A stretch of 64,000 nucleotides of DNA, taken from Patescibacteria group bacterium (GTDB taxonomy: Bacteria > Patescibacteriota > JABMPQ01). Shown one piece after another: positions 1 to 10,010 of this stretch. The first letter of the stretch is position 1. Each line of letters opens with the position of its first letter. The notes under the pieces are model-generated. The model had not been told where the DNA came from, made no database searches, and saw nothing but the letters and a program-made list of their open reading frames with translations. The position numbers were made by a program, and so were the translations under genes. The DNA lies in contig JBGTBM010000010.1 in the NCBI GenBank assembly GCA_041749335.1, forward strand, positions 68,533-132,532, read 5' to 3'.

Positions 1-286
1 CACGTACAATATTGCCTTCTATTTTTCCAATCCAATACTTTTTGGGTAATCTCTTTTTTTGTTCATTAAATCTATAACCATGCCAAAAATCTCCGTCTAT
101 AAAAACTGCTTTCTTTTTTCTTGGCAATGCTATGTCAGGATTTCCTGCTACTTGTTTATAATGTTTTTGAAAATATATACCCCTCCTCCTAAGCTCTCTG
201 AATACTAAAACTTCTGCTTTTGTATTTTTTGAACGAATCTTTGACATTATTTCGCTCCTCTTTCTTTTTGTGAAGCAGTCAGTCAT
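1..286 (-). CDS. vsr: very short patch repair endonuclease Vsr (3' end runs off the window)
   Basis: Manual translation from ATG at 286: MTDCFTKKKRSEIMSKIRSKNTKAEVLVFRELRRRGIYFQKHYKQVAGNPDIALPK...VFIDGDFWHG, with the Vsr motifs RSxxMSxIRS, PD and FWHG; lies next to a C5 methyltransferase. Confidence 0.93.
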   Translation of the reverse strand, partial: MTDCFTKRKRSEIMSKIRSKNTKAEVLVFRELRRRGIYFQKHYKQVAGNPDIALPRKKKAVFIDGDFWHGYRFNEQKKRLPKKYWIGKIEGNIVR

Positions 287-1402
287 CTATTCTTTGTTTG
301 CAAATTTTTCATAACTTCCAAGAGAAGAAAAATTTATTTCAAAATTTAACTCATTAATTTTATCTATCCGCACAGAATCTATGCCGACTTCTCGCAGTTT
401 TTCATATTTTAGAAGCTCGCCCGGCCTGATTTCTAGCACATCTCTCAATATCCACCTGCCTAATTCTTTATTAGAATAAGACATTAAAGCTTTCCCGCCA
501 GCCTGGCAGATTTTTGACTTCATGCTGTTGCCATCCGGCAGCCTCAGCATAAATGGAGTCTCCCTGTCAGGAAAAAATTTTGGATAATTCTTATGTATAT
601 TTGCGGGCACTGGTATATATATTTCATCTAAATGTCTTGTTCTGCCTCCAGCATTCCATTGATTGAGCCCGCTTTTACTAAAAACCTCCATGTTCTTCCC
701 GTATAAAGGCAAATATATTGTATCTATTATTCTCTTTTTGTCCTCAAAAACCAATTCTTCTCTATTATAAATCTTCATGATATTATCAAGCGGATCTTTA
801 ATTATCTTAATATCAAAATTATATTCTATGGGGCTTGTATTAAATCTTTTTGTAAGTGTACTTTTAGAAAGAAGGAATGAATATTCATTATTATTATCCT
901 GAAACTTTATCGAGCTTTCAGATTTCTTTATTATTCTAATTTTTTCAATATTTATTAAATTTAACGGCTCTTCATAAATAAGAAACTTATTTTTACTTCT
1001 TAATACACAGTGGTAAATTGAATCTTTTATTCCATGGGCGTTATTTGTGAATTTAATCCTTTCATTTCTAAGTTGAGCTATTTTATATATTAAATCCTTT
1101 TCCTTTAGGTTCTTATACATCTTTCTTTCGCGGTTAAATTCAGCTATTTTTTGAAATGTCTTATTGTTTCCTAATAAAAATGTTTTTAATCCGATTCCGA
1201 GGCTTTGTTTTTTTGCATCAACGGATACATCGCTTCTTGATAAATCTTCAGCATTAAATGCACGGCAAAATATTTTTTCAGCAATTCTATAATAAAGATA
1301 TGGAGTGGGTGAATCAGAGAATAGATTAGAAAGGCTTCCAACTACCGTCAGAAACTTTATATAAAATTCTTTTTCTTGTTTTTTCTGATTTTTATAAAAC
1401 AT
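287..1402 (-). CDS. type II restriction endonuclease, NgoFVII-like
   Basis: 371 aa between the C5 MTase and vsr; motifs DAKK...GIGLKTF (PD-(D/E)XK-like) and SGLNQWNAGGR..DEIYIP resemble NgoFVII-family endonucleases. Confidence 0.75.
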   Translation of the reverse strand: MFYKNQKKQEKEFYIKFLTVVGSLSNLFSDSPTPYLYYRIAEKIFCRAFNAEDLSRSDVSVDAKKQSLGIGLKTFLLGNNKTFQKIAEFNRERKMYKNLKEKDLIYKIAQLRNERIKFTNNAHGIKDSIYHCVLRSKNKFLIYEEPLNLINIEKIRIIKKSESSIKFQDNNNEYSFLLSKSTLTKRFNTSPIEYNFDIKIIKDPLDNIMKIYNREELVFEDKKRIIDTIYLPLYGKNMEVFSKSGLNQWNAGGRTRHLDEIYIPVPANIHKNYPKFFPDRETPFMLRLPDGNSMKSKICQAGGKALMSYSNKELGRWILRDVLEIRPGELLKYEKLREVGIDSVRIDKINELNFEINFSSLGSYEKFANKE

Positions 1403-1406
1403 TTAA

Positions 1407-2360
1407 TTATCTTAATGCTTTTGCAACATTTTTTGCTATTCGCTCTACCACTGTAACGGTAACCGAATTCCCTATTTGCTTATATAGGTGTGAATCCGAC
1501 ATATTGGGAAGCTTATAGCTGTCTGGAAATCCTTGAAGTTTTGCACACTCCTTCGGAGTTAATTTCCTTATCCCATTGTCATCCATAATGATAGGAACAT
1601 TATGCCCGCCCATTCCCATATTCGCAGTTAATGTTGGACATACTCTCTTCTTATTATCTCTCACATATTTTCGCCTCCATTGATAAACGGTATTTTTTGA
1701 AACAATTTCATTTTTCAATTTATTAAACAGTGGCTTACCGCTATAATAATATTCTTTATCCACACTTTTTTCTAATAAATTACGCACATTTAAAATTAAT
1801 TTTATTTTTTTGGGAAATGCAAATTTATTAAAGGCAATTTTGGAATCAAAGCCAACAATATATATTCTTTCTCTATTTTGTGGGATATTGCCATACTCCA
1901 TGCTATTTAAAACTTTTGATTTTATATAATATCCTAAATCTTCAAGCGTTTCTTTTATTATTCTATAGGTTTTTCCATTATCGTGTCCTTTCAAATTCTT
2001 TACATTTTCAAGAAACAAAACCTCTGGTTTTTTTTCTTTAATAATTCTTGTAATATCAAAAAATAAATTACCTCTTTTTTTGTCTTTAAATCCTTTTCTA
2101 TGTCCGGCTATAGAAAAGGGTTGGCATGGAAATCCAGCTAATAGAACATTAAAATTTGGCAAATCTTTAGATTTTATATTCGATATGCTTCTTAACGTCA
2201 TTGATGTTTCCGGAAAATTTAAATCATAGGTGTATTTACAATATTTATCAAAATCATTAGCATACACGGTTTCAAAACCTGCTTTTTCGAATCCCAATCT
2301 AATCCCGCCTATTCCAGCAAATAAATCTATAGATTTTAAATTCTTAATATTATTTTTCAT
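1407..2360 (-). CDS. DNA (cytosine-5)-methyltransferase
   Basis: C5-MTase motifs DLFAGIGG, GFPCQPFS, LENVKNL, QNRERIY, YKQIGNSV; start more likely at MKNNIK (2360) than at 2408. Confidence 0.96.
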   Translation of the reverse strand: MKNNIKNLKSIDLFAGIGGIRLGFEKAGFETVYANDFDKYCKYTYDLNFPETSMTLRSISNIKSKDLPNFNVLLAGFPCQPFSIAGHRKGFKDKKRGNLFFDITRIIKEKKPEVLFLENVKNLKGHDNGKTYRIIKETLEDLGYYIKSKVLNSMEYGNIPQNRERIYIVGFDSKIAFNKFAFPKKIKLILNVRNLLEKSVDKEYYYSGKPLFNKLKNEIVSKNTVYQWRRKYVRDNKKRVCPTLTANMGMGGHNVPIIMDDNGIRKLTPKECAKLQGFPDSYKLPNMSDSHLYKQIGNSVTVTVVERIAKNVAKALR

Positions 2361-2409
2361 TATATAAATTATTTCTTCCATTTTACCCCAAATCCCATTT
2401 CCCGCCAAT

Positions 2410-2442
2410 CAAAAACGAGGCGACTTATGCCCCGTTTTTTTA
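2410..2442 (-). terminator. intrinsic terminator
   Basis: Minus strand AAAACGGGGC-loop-GCCTCGTTTT downstream of 2459..2977. Confidence 0.65.
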
Positions 2443-2458
2443 TTTTCAAATTTACGCT

Positions 2459-2977
2459 CTATAAAGCCACCCAAGCGTTATCTTCATTGCATAAAAACAA
2501 GCCTTCGGCGCCGGATGCGACATTGCCAAATAGATTGCCGGTTTCACATTCTCCGGAGGGAGCTTTGGTATCGTGCGGCAAGCGCAAAACATAGTTGGCC
2601 TGGACGCCGTCGGAATTCAACCAATGGCTGGAAATTTTCGCCGCACCGATATTGGCCATCCCTTCCACAGTTAAATCGCCCTGAATCAAAATATCATCCG
2701 CAATTTTGACCGGCATGGTGTCCGTACCGTCTCCGCGCGTGATTGCTCCGTCCACTCGCAAATCATCCGCGATCGTTACCGGAATGTCTTCCCCGATATT
2801 CACGATGGAGCCGTTGAAATAAGTGACGCCTCCGATGCCTTCTTCTCCCACTTGCAAAGAAGAAACGCGCAATACTCCGTCCGTGGTTGGCTGCAAGACT
2901 TCGGCCGTGGTAGCGAAAGCTGTTCCCGCCATGGCAAAGATCCCCAGCAGCGCGCAAATGCCCATGAGCTTTTTCAT
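2459..2977 (-). CDS. secreted hypothetical protein, beta-rich/fibre-like
   Basis: Signal peptide MKKLMG...TAFA; internal repeat PVTIADDL/PVKIADDI; C-terminal C..G...LFLC...W. Confidence 0.7.
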   Translation of the reverse strand: MKKLMGICALLGIFAMAGTAFATTAEVLQPTTDGVLRVSSLQVGEEGIGGVTYFNGSIVNIGEDIPVTIADDLRVDGAITRGDGTDTMPVKIADDILIQGDLTVEGMANIGAAKISSHWLNSDGVQANYVLRLPHDTKAPSGECETGNLFGNVASGAEGLFLCNEDNAWVAL

Positions 2978-3034
2978 ATTTTTTATTATTTATTAAATTA
3001 CTTTAGTATATTATAACACTGCTCTTCAAACTAT

Positions 3035-3064
3035 AAAAAAAGCGCCTGCTTACGCAAACGCTTG
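3035..3064 (-). terminator. intrinsic terminator
   Basis: AAGCGTTTGC-GTAA-GCAGGCGCTT followed by a T tract on the minus strand. Confidence 0.7.
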
Positions 3065-3093
3065 AAAATGTCGATGTAAATATTTTATCTAAA

Positions 3094-3375
3094 TTACTTC
3101 GTCTCCCTAAGGATATCCAACAGCACATTGCCGGAATGTCTAACCTTGAGGCGCCGGCCCAGATAATTAACCGCCAATCCGGAAAAAGCTATTCCCAAAT
3201 GGATCAAGGGAACGCCGAATTTCATCCAATCCTGCCCGGAGATTACCCACCAGCAGCCGACCAATGAATTTGATAGCGGATAGATGACAAGGAGTAATAG
3301 ACCCCACCACAGAACCATTATGCCGATTAATTCCAGCCGATAGCCAAGATTAAAAAGAACCGTGCCCATAAACAT
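3094..3375 (-). CDS. small membrane hypothetical protein
   Basis: Two hydrophobic segments; double AGGAGG SD before the ATG; TTGACA-17-TAGCAT promoter upstream; terminator downstream. Confidence 0.7.
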   Translation of the reverse strand: MFMGTVLFNLGYRLELIGIMVLWWGLLLLVIYPLSNSLVGCWWVISGQDWMKFGVPLIHLGIAFSGLAVNYLGRRLKVRHSGNVLLDILRETK

Positions 3376-3512
3376 TCCTCCTATCCTCCTTTCTCTGCTG
3401 CTTATATGCTACTATATTGATTTTTTACTGTCAAAAAAAGATTTATCTAATAAATATTTTTTAATTATATAAAAAAACCACCTCTCTTGAGGCAGTTTTT
3501 ATTTTCCATAAT

Positions 3513-4328
3513 TTATTCACTCAATTTCATCTCATATGTTTTTAAAATCTTGCCTTTTTCTCCGGCAGCGGTATCAACACTCCCATTACAAGTTGTCATG
3601 GTTCCCTCTTGGGTACATTCATCTTCCCGTGCGTCATTAGCATCATGCACTTCCAGATATGAGATATCCAGAATTTCATCAATTGAGTTGAAGGTTTTAC
3701 TCATTCCCATTTCAAAGCTATTGGACGTAATTCCTTCCATAGTTTCCGGCTTTTGTTCCAGGCAAGTTGAAGAATAATCATCAAAGGGATCATAGTTTAT
3801 ATTTTCTTTGGTGCAGATACGTTTTATAAGCTGTGATGCCAGCTCACGCTCATGATTACTATTTTGTAATATGCCAACATAATAATAAGCGGTATTTAAT
3901 TGCGCGCAGGCCATATTAAGCGGATGGCATTTATCGTCCGTGTGATTAGACGGGATATTGTCTTTAATAAATATTCTAAAATTGGCTTCCAGTTGTCCTT
4001 TGTCAGTTTTTGTTAAGGCTGCTGTTCCGCTGATTTTTTCGTCTTGTGATGAAATTTTTAAGGCTTGGCCATCGTATTGATTAAGCTCTTCATCGGTCAT
4101 CTTGGTAACACTTTCTTTTTCCGCATCGTCTCCTTTAAATATCCCGATTAAAGCCACTACGCCAAATATTCCCAAAACAATTACCAATATGGTTACCACA
4201 ATGGCGATTATTATACATCCCCCTTTTTTGGATTTCTTGGTTACTGCGGATGCAGTTGGTACTGATGCAGGCTGATTAGCAGCCGGCGCGGCAGTTTCAT
4301 TTTTATTTTCCGGGTTGGTTGTTGGCAT
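3513..4328 (-). CDS. membrane-anchored extracytoplasmic hypothetical protein
   Basis: 271 aa; low-complexity N-terminus, one TM helix, Cys-containing ectodomain. Confidence 0.8.
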   Translation of the reverse strand: MPTTNPENKNETAAPAANQPASVPTASAVTKKSKKGGCIIIAIVVTILVIVLGIFGVVALIGIFKGDDAEKESVTKMTDEELNQYDGQALKISSQDEKISGTAALTKTDKGQLEANFRIFIKDNIPSNHTDDKCHPLNMACAQLNTAYYYVGILQNSNHERELASQLIKRICTKENINYDPFDDYSSTCLEQKPETMEGITSNSFEMGMSKTFNSIDEILDISYLEVHDANDAREDECTQEGTMTTCNGSVDTAAGEKGKILKTYEMKLSE

Positions 4329-4422
4329 ATTTTATTATTATTTATCTAACTTCTTAAGCTTAATATATCCGGCGTTATTCTCCAACCTATTTTTAATAAT
4401 TTATTATTTAGCAAAATAAAAC

Positions 4423-4454
4423 AAAAGACCCCACATTTCTGCGGGGCCTTTTTA
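4423..4454 (-). terminator. terminator of csp copy 1
   Basis: AAAGGCCCCGCA...TGTGGGGTCTTTT on the minus strand; paralogous hairpin follows csp copy 2. Confidence 0.75.
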
Positions 4455-4470
4455 TCTGTAAATTAAGTAA

Positions 4471-4671
4471 TTACACTTTCTTTACATTGGTAGCGTTTGG
4501 TCCTTTTGGACTTTCGCCAATCTCGAATTCAACTGTGTCGCCTTCTTTCAAATCATTGAATTCTACACCTTGTAGTTCTGTTGAATGAAAGAATAGGTCT
4601 TTTTCTTCGCCTTCAATAGCGATGAATCCGAACCCACGATCAGTTAAACGAGCAATTTTTCCAGTTGCCAT
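4471..4671 (-). CDS. cspA: cold-shock protein (CSD), copy 1
   Basis: 66 aa with RNP1 RGFGFI and RNP2 LFFHS, C-terminal GPNATNV. Confidence 0.96.
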   Translation of the reverse strand: MATGKIARLTDRGFGFIAIEGEEKDLFFHSTELQGVEFNDLKEGDTVEFEIGESPKGPNATNVKKV

Positions 4672-4686
4672 GTTTATTTATGATTG

Positions 4687-4758
4687 TTTCTTAAGTTCAC
4701 TTATGGTTCCTGCAAGGGAAAGTTCGACTACGCTACTCCTGCAAACCTCTGTGACATT
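4687..4758 (-). promoter_or_regulatory. conserved structured 5' leader of csp copy 1
   Basis: 67/72 nt identical to 10772-10843; pairings UCAC/GUGA, GGUU/AACC and UGCAGG/CUUGCA. Confidence 0.7.
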
Positions 4759-4762
4759 GTGT

Positions 4763-4791
4763 ATACTAGCATAGTAAGGTTTTTTTGTCAA
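4763..4791 (-). promoter_or_regulatory. sigma70 promoter of csp copy 1
   Basis: TTGACA-17 nt-TAGTAT with TG extension. Confidence 0.75.
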
Positions 4792-4802
4792 CACATTATA
4801 CT

Positions 4803-4861
4803 AAAACCAGACCCACTAAAGTAGTAAATCACAACAATTTGCTAATAAGTTGGGTCTAGTC
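4803..4861 (-). ncRNA. putative ~60-nt hairpin small RNA, GUUGU-loop family, copy 1
   Basis: GACTAGACCCA...TAGCAAATT-GTTGT-GATTTACTA...TGGGTCTGGTTTT; extended -10 TGCTAAGGT (4866-4874) immediately upstream; two paralogues in the window. Confidence 0.65.
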
Positions 4862-5029
4862 AATTACCTTAGCACGGTTAGATTAATATTACTAGCCTTT
4901 AGCAAACGAGGTGGTTTTTAGGATTAAGACTATTTAACGGCGGCAAAAAATAAAACCGGTCCGGCATCTTGACACCGATACTTCAATATAATAAGTTTAC
5001 ATGAAAGTGCATGACGTAGGAGGTTTGCA

Positions 5030-5245
5030 ATGTCGGGTAAATATCATTTTGAATGCCTCAACCCATCCTGTAAGTGGGGTACCGAAATAGAAGCTGACAA
5101 CGAAAACGATGCGATTGACTTTGCTTTTCGCAAGCATGATGAGCGCTGGATAAATATGGCCAAAAACAATCCCGGCAACTTTCAATTCTGTCCCGGCCGG
5201 CATTTTATCATCACATCCCCCGAAGGTAAAATCTCGCGCTTTTAG
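5030..5245 (+). CDS. small hypothetical protein, possible metal-binding DUF1059-like
   Basis: AGGAGG SD; CxxxxC...H pattern (ECLNPSC...RKH). Confidence 0.65.
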   Translation: MSGKYHFECLNPSCKWGTEIEADNENDAIDFAFRKHDERWINMAKNNPGNFQFCPGRHFIITSPEGKISRF

Positions 5246-5402
5246 TTCTTTTGTCATATTAATGATCAATCTCGGCGATAACATCAATGGGATTTTTTTG
5301 ACTGCGAAATTTAATTGTCAACAAATACTAAACTTTAACATTGCAAACATTTTTTATTTTTGCGGGTAAAATGCTATACTGATAGAAATTAACAAAATTA
5401 TT

Positions 5403-5771
5403 ATGAATAAAAGATTAAGAGATTCGCTGCTTTTGGGAGCTGTACTGGGAATATTCTGCATTATCGGCATCGGCCTAAGACTGGGATTTGAAGGCAATGC
5501 GCTTTTTCTTTTTTCCGCCTGGTATAATCGGGTTATTCTGGGACTAGTGATCGGTTTGGCAGCTCCTCTTGTTTTTATTAAAGGCAGTGCCAATCGTTTT
5601 ATTCGCGGCGGCGTGCTGGGGCTGCTGGTTTCTTTCGCCTGGTTTGCTTCCACCGACTTTATTGATCCGCTGGGATTTGCGGCCGGCATCGTCTATGGCG
5701 TAATTATTGACGCGCTTATAACCAACGAAGCGAAAACAAAAATTGCCAAAAATGACGAAAAAGCTAACTAA
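5403..5771 (+). CDS. small multi-pass membrane protein
   Basis: Four Gly-rich hydrophobic segments; overlaps the start of the hydrolase gene; TGCTATACT extended -10 upstream. Confidence 0.8.
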   Translation: MNKRLRDSLLLGAVLGIFCIIGIGLRLGFEGNALFLFSAWYNRVILGLVIGLAAPLVFIKGSANRFIRGGVLGLLVSFAWFASTDFIDPLGFAAGIVYGVIIDALITNEAKTKIAKNDEKAN

Positions 5772-6735
5772 AGCATTAAAAATTATCGGGATCGTTATTC
5801 TCTCTTTTTTTATTTTGCTTTCGGTAGTTCCCTATCTTATCCCCCTTCCGCAAGATCTTCCCTGCAAGTCTAAAGAGGATCTAATGTCTCCAGACGGTCA
5901 TTTTACCGAGATTATGGGAAAACAAATGTATTACGAGGATTATGGCGATCAAAACGCGGAAAGTACAATTATTTTAGTACATGGTTTTGGCGCCAGTACT
6001 TTTTCCTTTCGCCACAACATTGCCGCCCTGACTTCAATGGATCTACGCGTAATCGCGGTGGATCTCTTGGGATATGGATTATCGGATAAAGATTATTTCT
6101 CGGATTATTCCCACCCCGCGCATGCCATAAGGCTTAAGGCGTTAATGGATAAGCTAAATATCGAAAAAGCGTATTTTATGGGACACAGTATGGGCGCGAG
6201 CGTAATCACGCATTTTGCCTCAAAATATCCCAATACCGCTGAAGCCCTTATTTTGGCCGCACCGGCGGTGGATACCAAGAGCTTGGAACCCAATCTGGAC
6301 GCGGCACGAATCGGCTCCAAACTGCTATTTTACCCGCCTTTCCGGCGCATTGCTCAATTGGCTTTGCGGGGCTACTTTTTCCCCGATAATGTCGATAAAA
6401 TATTAGCGAGCGCTTATTATAATACCGCTTTGATTACCGCTGATATTAATGCCGGCTATGCCGACCGGGTTATTACCGGAGATTGGGATTTGGCTCTTTT
6501 GGGCTCTACCCGCGATTATGCGAAAAATACCTTAGATTTTAATATTAATGATCTGAATAAAGAGGTTTTAATCATTGCCGGCGCAGATGACACTTGGATC
6601 CCGCTTTCGCAGGTAGAATATTTACATGAACAAATTGTTGGTTCAAGACTGCAGGTAATTCCCCGCTCCGGACATTTAGTGATGGAGGAAAGCCCGCATG
6701 AATTTAATCAGATCATCCAAGAATTTTTACCGTAG
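5752..6735 (+). CDS. membrane-anchored alpha/beta hydrolase
   Basis: HGFG oxyanion motif, GHSMG nucleophile elbow, GADD and SGH catalytic residues; N-terminal TM; ATG at 5752 preferred to the TTG at 5743. Confidence 0.93.
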   Translation: MTKKLTKALKIIGIVILSFFILLSVVPYLIPLPQDLPCKSKEDLMSPDGHFTEIMGKQMYYEDYGDQNAESTIILVHGFGASTFSFRHNIAALTSMDLRVIAVDLLGYGLSDKDYFSDYSHPAHAIRLKALMDKLNIEKAYFMGHSMGASVITHFASKYPNTAEALILAAPAVDTKSLEPNLDAARIGSKLLFYPPFRRIAQLALRGYFFPDNVDKILASAYYNTALITADINAGYADRVITGDWDLALLGSTRDYAKNTLDFNINDLNKEVLIIAGADDTWIPLSQVEYLHEQIVGSRLQVIPRSGHLVMEESPHEFNQIIQEFLP

Positions 6736-6856
6736 TTTTTTTCAAAATCCACATAATTATTATCTAAACATTGATATATAAAAAAGAAGCGCCCTAAAAC
6801 GCTTCTTTATTAATAATTATTTATTCTTCGTAATTCGTCTACTCTCTTATAACCGC

Positions 6857-7606
6857 TTATTCTTCCGGCGCTATTTCCACCTCTGATGGAATCTCGCCTT
6901 TAAATGACACCTTGCCGTCTTTAATACTGGCGTCCTCTATATTTAAGCCCGCAAAATTTTCTATCTGGCTATTGCCAAAAGATATTATTTCCGGCAAAGC
7001 TCGATCTAAAATACTTGATGGTATCGGAAATCGGCCGATCTCTAATTTTTCCGGAATTATTTCCTTAATTTCATTATCAGCCGCGCGCCCTGATATTTTA
7101 AAATAGAATGGCATGGAATCTTCCCGGGAAAGCCTTAAATAATCTAGCGCTTTTTGAATATCTTCTTCACTGTATTTATTGCCGGTTGCCTGGATGAATC
7201 CAATGATTTTATCGACTTGCACCAAGCCGGAGCATTCGCCGGTGCCATCTTCATTGATTTTAATCTGCATGTTTTGCGCTGGATAATATCCCCAGTTATT
7301 GGCATAGTTATTTGTCAGAGCGGTAAATTCCGCCGATGATATTTCAAATTCCGCTTTCTCGGAGCCTGCGGTCTTTAAGCTTTTTTCCGGCGCGGTGGAT
7401 TTCTTTAAAACTTTTACTTCGGCTTTGGTTTTCTTGGTTGCGCTTTTAAGATCCTCTTCGGTATAAGTAATCCCCAAGTCCCTCGGCTTATCCGTTCCCA
7501 TCAATTTTGCGATGGAGGGAATAAATCCAAAATATCCAAGCAGCAGCACTACCCCCAAAATCAACACGATAATGACAGTCCCGATAATAAGTAGCACCTT
7601 TTTCAT
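6857..7606 (-). CDS. membrane-anchored hypothetical protein
   Basis: N-terminal TM followed by KPRDLGITYT; 249 aa. Confidence 0.8.
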   Translation of the reverse strand: MKKVLLIIGTVIIVLILGVVLLLGYFGFIPSIAKLMGTDKPRDLGITYTEEDLKSATKKTKAEVKVLKKSTAPEKSLKTAGSEKAEFEISSAEFTALTNNYANNWGYYPAQNMQIKINEDGTGECSGLVQVDKIIGFIQATGNKYSEEDIQKALDYLRLSREDSMPFYFKISGRAADNEIKEIIPEKLEIGRFPIPSSILDRALPEIISFGNSQIENFAGLNIEDASIKDGKVSFKGEIPSEVEIAPEE

Positions 7607-7659
7607 ATTTATTTTAGTTAATTAATATATATTTTATTATATTATATTTTTATTAAAAG

Positions 7660-7687
7660 AAAAAGAGCGTGGCGACCACGCTCTTCA
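7660..7687 (-). terminator. typA terminator
   Basis: AAGAGCGTGG-TCG-CCACGCTCTT followed by a T tract. Confidence 0.75.
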
Positions 7688-7721
7688 TAATTCATTATTC
7701 ATTTCTTCATCCTTCAAATCC

Positions 7722-9521
7722 CTAATTTTTCTTAACTTTCCGCTCCGCCTTAATCCGATCATTCTTAGTTAAATATTTTTTTCGCAGTCTAATATTTTTG
7801 GGAGTAATTTCCAGATATTCATCATCGCTCATTACGCTCATCCCCCGCTCCAGCGTCATTTCCAAAGGCGGCGTCAGTCTAATCGCTTCATCCGATCCCG
7901 AAGCGCGCATATTAGTCAATTGCTTACCTTTAATCGGGTTAACCGCTAAATCGTTTCCCTTGGAAACATTGCCGATCACCATGCCTTCATACACTTCGGT
8001 AGTAGCGCCGATATACAAAGAGCCTCGCTCTTGCAAATTATAAAGAGAAAATCCCAAGGCCTTGCCGGTCTCCATCGATACCATAGAACCGACCTGTTTT
8101 TTATCTATATCGCCCACATAAGGTTTAAATCCCACTACGCGTGAATACATAATCCCTTCCCCGCGGGTATCTACCACAAAATCATTGCGATAGCCTAAAA
8201 GTCCGCGCGTGGGCATATCAAAAATCATTTTAGTATTGCCGTGTTCCGGCTGCATATTCACCATATTGCCTTTTCTTTTAGACATTTTTTCAATAATGCC
8301 GCCTGACATTTCATTTGGCACAATAATGGTTACTTCCTCAAAAGGTTCCAGTTTTTTGCCTGCTTCTTCCTTAATAATAACATTAGGCTGGGATATCTGC
8401 AGTTCGTAGCCTTCACGCCGCATATTTTCCAAAAGAATAGCGATGTGCATTTCACCTCGTCCCGATACTTGATAATGATCCGTGGAAGAAAAATCAATTT
8501 TTAATCCAACGTTTATTTCCAGCTCTTTTTCCAAACGTTCCCTAATTTGCCGATTGGTTACAAACTTGCCTTCTCGGCCAGCGAAAGGTGAATTATTGAC
8601 TAAGAAATTTAGAGTAATGGTCGGCTCATCAATGGAAATCGCCGGTAGTGCTTCCTGGCTTTCATCTTCACAAATTGTTTCGCCGATATAAATATCCGGC
8701 AGTCCCGCCACCATAATAATATCCCCGGCTCCGGCCTCCTGAACCTCTTTTTTGTTCAATCCTTCAAAAGTAAATAATTTGGTAATTTTTCCACTTCTAG
8801 TCTCGCCGGTTATGCTTTTTATTTTAACATTGGAGGTAGCGGCAATCTTCCCTTGATAAATGCGGCAAACCGCTAATCTTCCCAAGTAATTATCATACCC
8901 CAGATTAAAAGGCTGAATTAGCATTTTTTTTGCGCTGGCCTCTGCGCTGGATGCTACCGACACTTCCGCCACTATCATATCCAAAAGCGGAGTAAGATCT
9001 TTACCATCATCCTCCAACTTTAATTTCGCGATTCCCTGCTTGGCAATCGCATAAACCACCTTAAAATCCAGCTGTTCATCATTGGCTCCCAAATCCAAAA
9101 ATAATTCATATACTTTTTCTACCGCCTCTGCTGGAGCGGCCGCCGGCTTATCGATCTTATTAATCACTACAATCGGCTTCAACCCCAATTCCAGCGATTT
9201 CCTTAAGACAAACTTGGTTTGCGGCATGGGACCTTCTTGCGCGTCCACTACCAAAAGCACGCAATCAATTGAACGAAGCACGCGCTCCACCTCTGAACCA
9301 AAATCAGCGTGTCCCGGGGTATCCACAATATTAATCTTTCCGCCCTTATAAAGCACGGAGGTATTTTTAGAATAAATTGTAATGCCTCGCTCTTGTTCAA
9401 GATCATTGCTATCCATACTGACGGTATCGTCCGACATGCCTGTTTGCTGCATCAAAGCATCGGTCAATTTGGTTTTGCCGTGATCAACATGAGCGATAAT
9501 GGCGATATTTCTAATATCCAT
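7722..9521 (-). CDS. typA: translational GTPase TypA/BipA
   Basis: [52 protein letters not shown]. Confidence 0.98.
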   Translation of the reverse strand: MDIRNIAIIAHVDHGKTKLTDALMQQTGMSDDTVSMDSNDLEQERGITIYSKNTSVLYKGGKINIVDTPGHADFGSEVERVLRSIDCVLLVVDAQEGPMPQTKFVLRKSLELGLKPIVVINKIDKPAAAPAEAVEKVYELFLDLGANDEQLDFKVVYAIAKQGIAKLKLEDDGKDLTPLLDMIVAEVSVASSAEASAKKMLIQPFNLGYDNYLGRLAVCRIYQGKIAATSNVKIKSITGETRSGKITKLFTFEGLNKKEVQEAGAGDIIMVAGLPDIYIGETICEDESQEALPAISIDEPTITLNFLVNNSPFAGREGKFVTNRQIRERLEKELEINVGLKIDFSSTDHYQVSGRGEMHIAILLENMRREGYELQISQPNVIIKEEAGKKLEPFEEVTIIVPNEMSGGIIEKMSKRKGNMVNMQPEHGNTKMIFDMPTRGLLGYRNDFVVDTRGEGIMYSRVVGFKPYVGDIDKKQVGSMVSMETGKALGFSLYNLQERGSLYIGATTEVYEGMVIGNVSKGNDLAVNPIKGKQLTNMRASGSDEAIRLTPPLEMTLERGMSVMSDDEYLEITPKNIRLRKKYLTKNDRIKAERKVKKN

Positions 9522-9681
9522 AAGTTAGATTCTTTAAATTAAAAACCGCAGAATTTGCGGGTGTTTATATTAAACATTAACTTTATTTATACTACTATTC
9601 CCTTTTTTGGTCAAGATGATAATTTCCAATCGTTCTAAAACCCATCGGCGGCCTTCAAAATTTTAATTGTTATAAGATTAT

Positions 9682-9990
9682 CTATCTGGTTAATTCAGAA
9701 CAGACATAATCATTTACGACCGGAGTATTATTGTCGTACTGACAATTTAGTCCGCATTTATAATTTAAATCAGCTATCGCCAAATCTAGTTTTTTAGCCT
9801 CCTTTTCCGCCCACTCCCGGCAATCTTCCAAGGTTTTAAAATCTTTATTTAATTGTTTACCGGAATTTAAGTCAATCATTCCTTTCCAGGGACGGCTTTC
9901 AATGTAATTAAGAATGAGCGCGATGCCGCCGATAATTATCAATACGCCGATTACTCCCCCGATAAATTTCTGTAGCTTTTCACTAGCCAT
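9682..9990 (-). CDS. membrane-anchored Cys-containing hypothetical protein
   Basis: N-terminal TM; FKTLEDCREWA...YKCGLNC...VC. Confidence 0.75.
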   Translation of the reverse strand: MASEKLQKFIGGVIGVLIIIGGIALILNYIESRPWKGMIDLNSGKQLNKDFKTLEDCREWAEKEAKKLDLAIADLNYKCGLNCQYDNNTPVVNDYVCSELTR

Positions 9991-10010
9991 ATATTTTATG
10001 GATTGAATTT

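Noticed and set aside
4803-4861. Hairpin RNAs as SRP RNA, 6S RNA or CRISPR repeats
   Set aside because: No SRP GNRA loop or helix 8 motif, too short for 6S, and the copies are kilobases apart with no spacers or cas genes.
7798-9542. Plus-strand ORFs opposite typA, and similar shadow ORFs opposite most long genes
   Set aside because: Antisense frames of well-supported genes, with no motifs or start signals.
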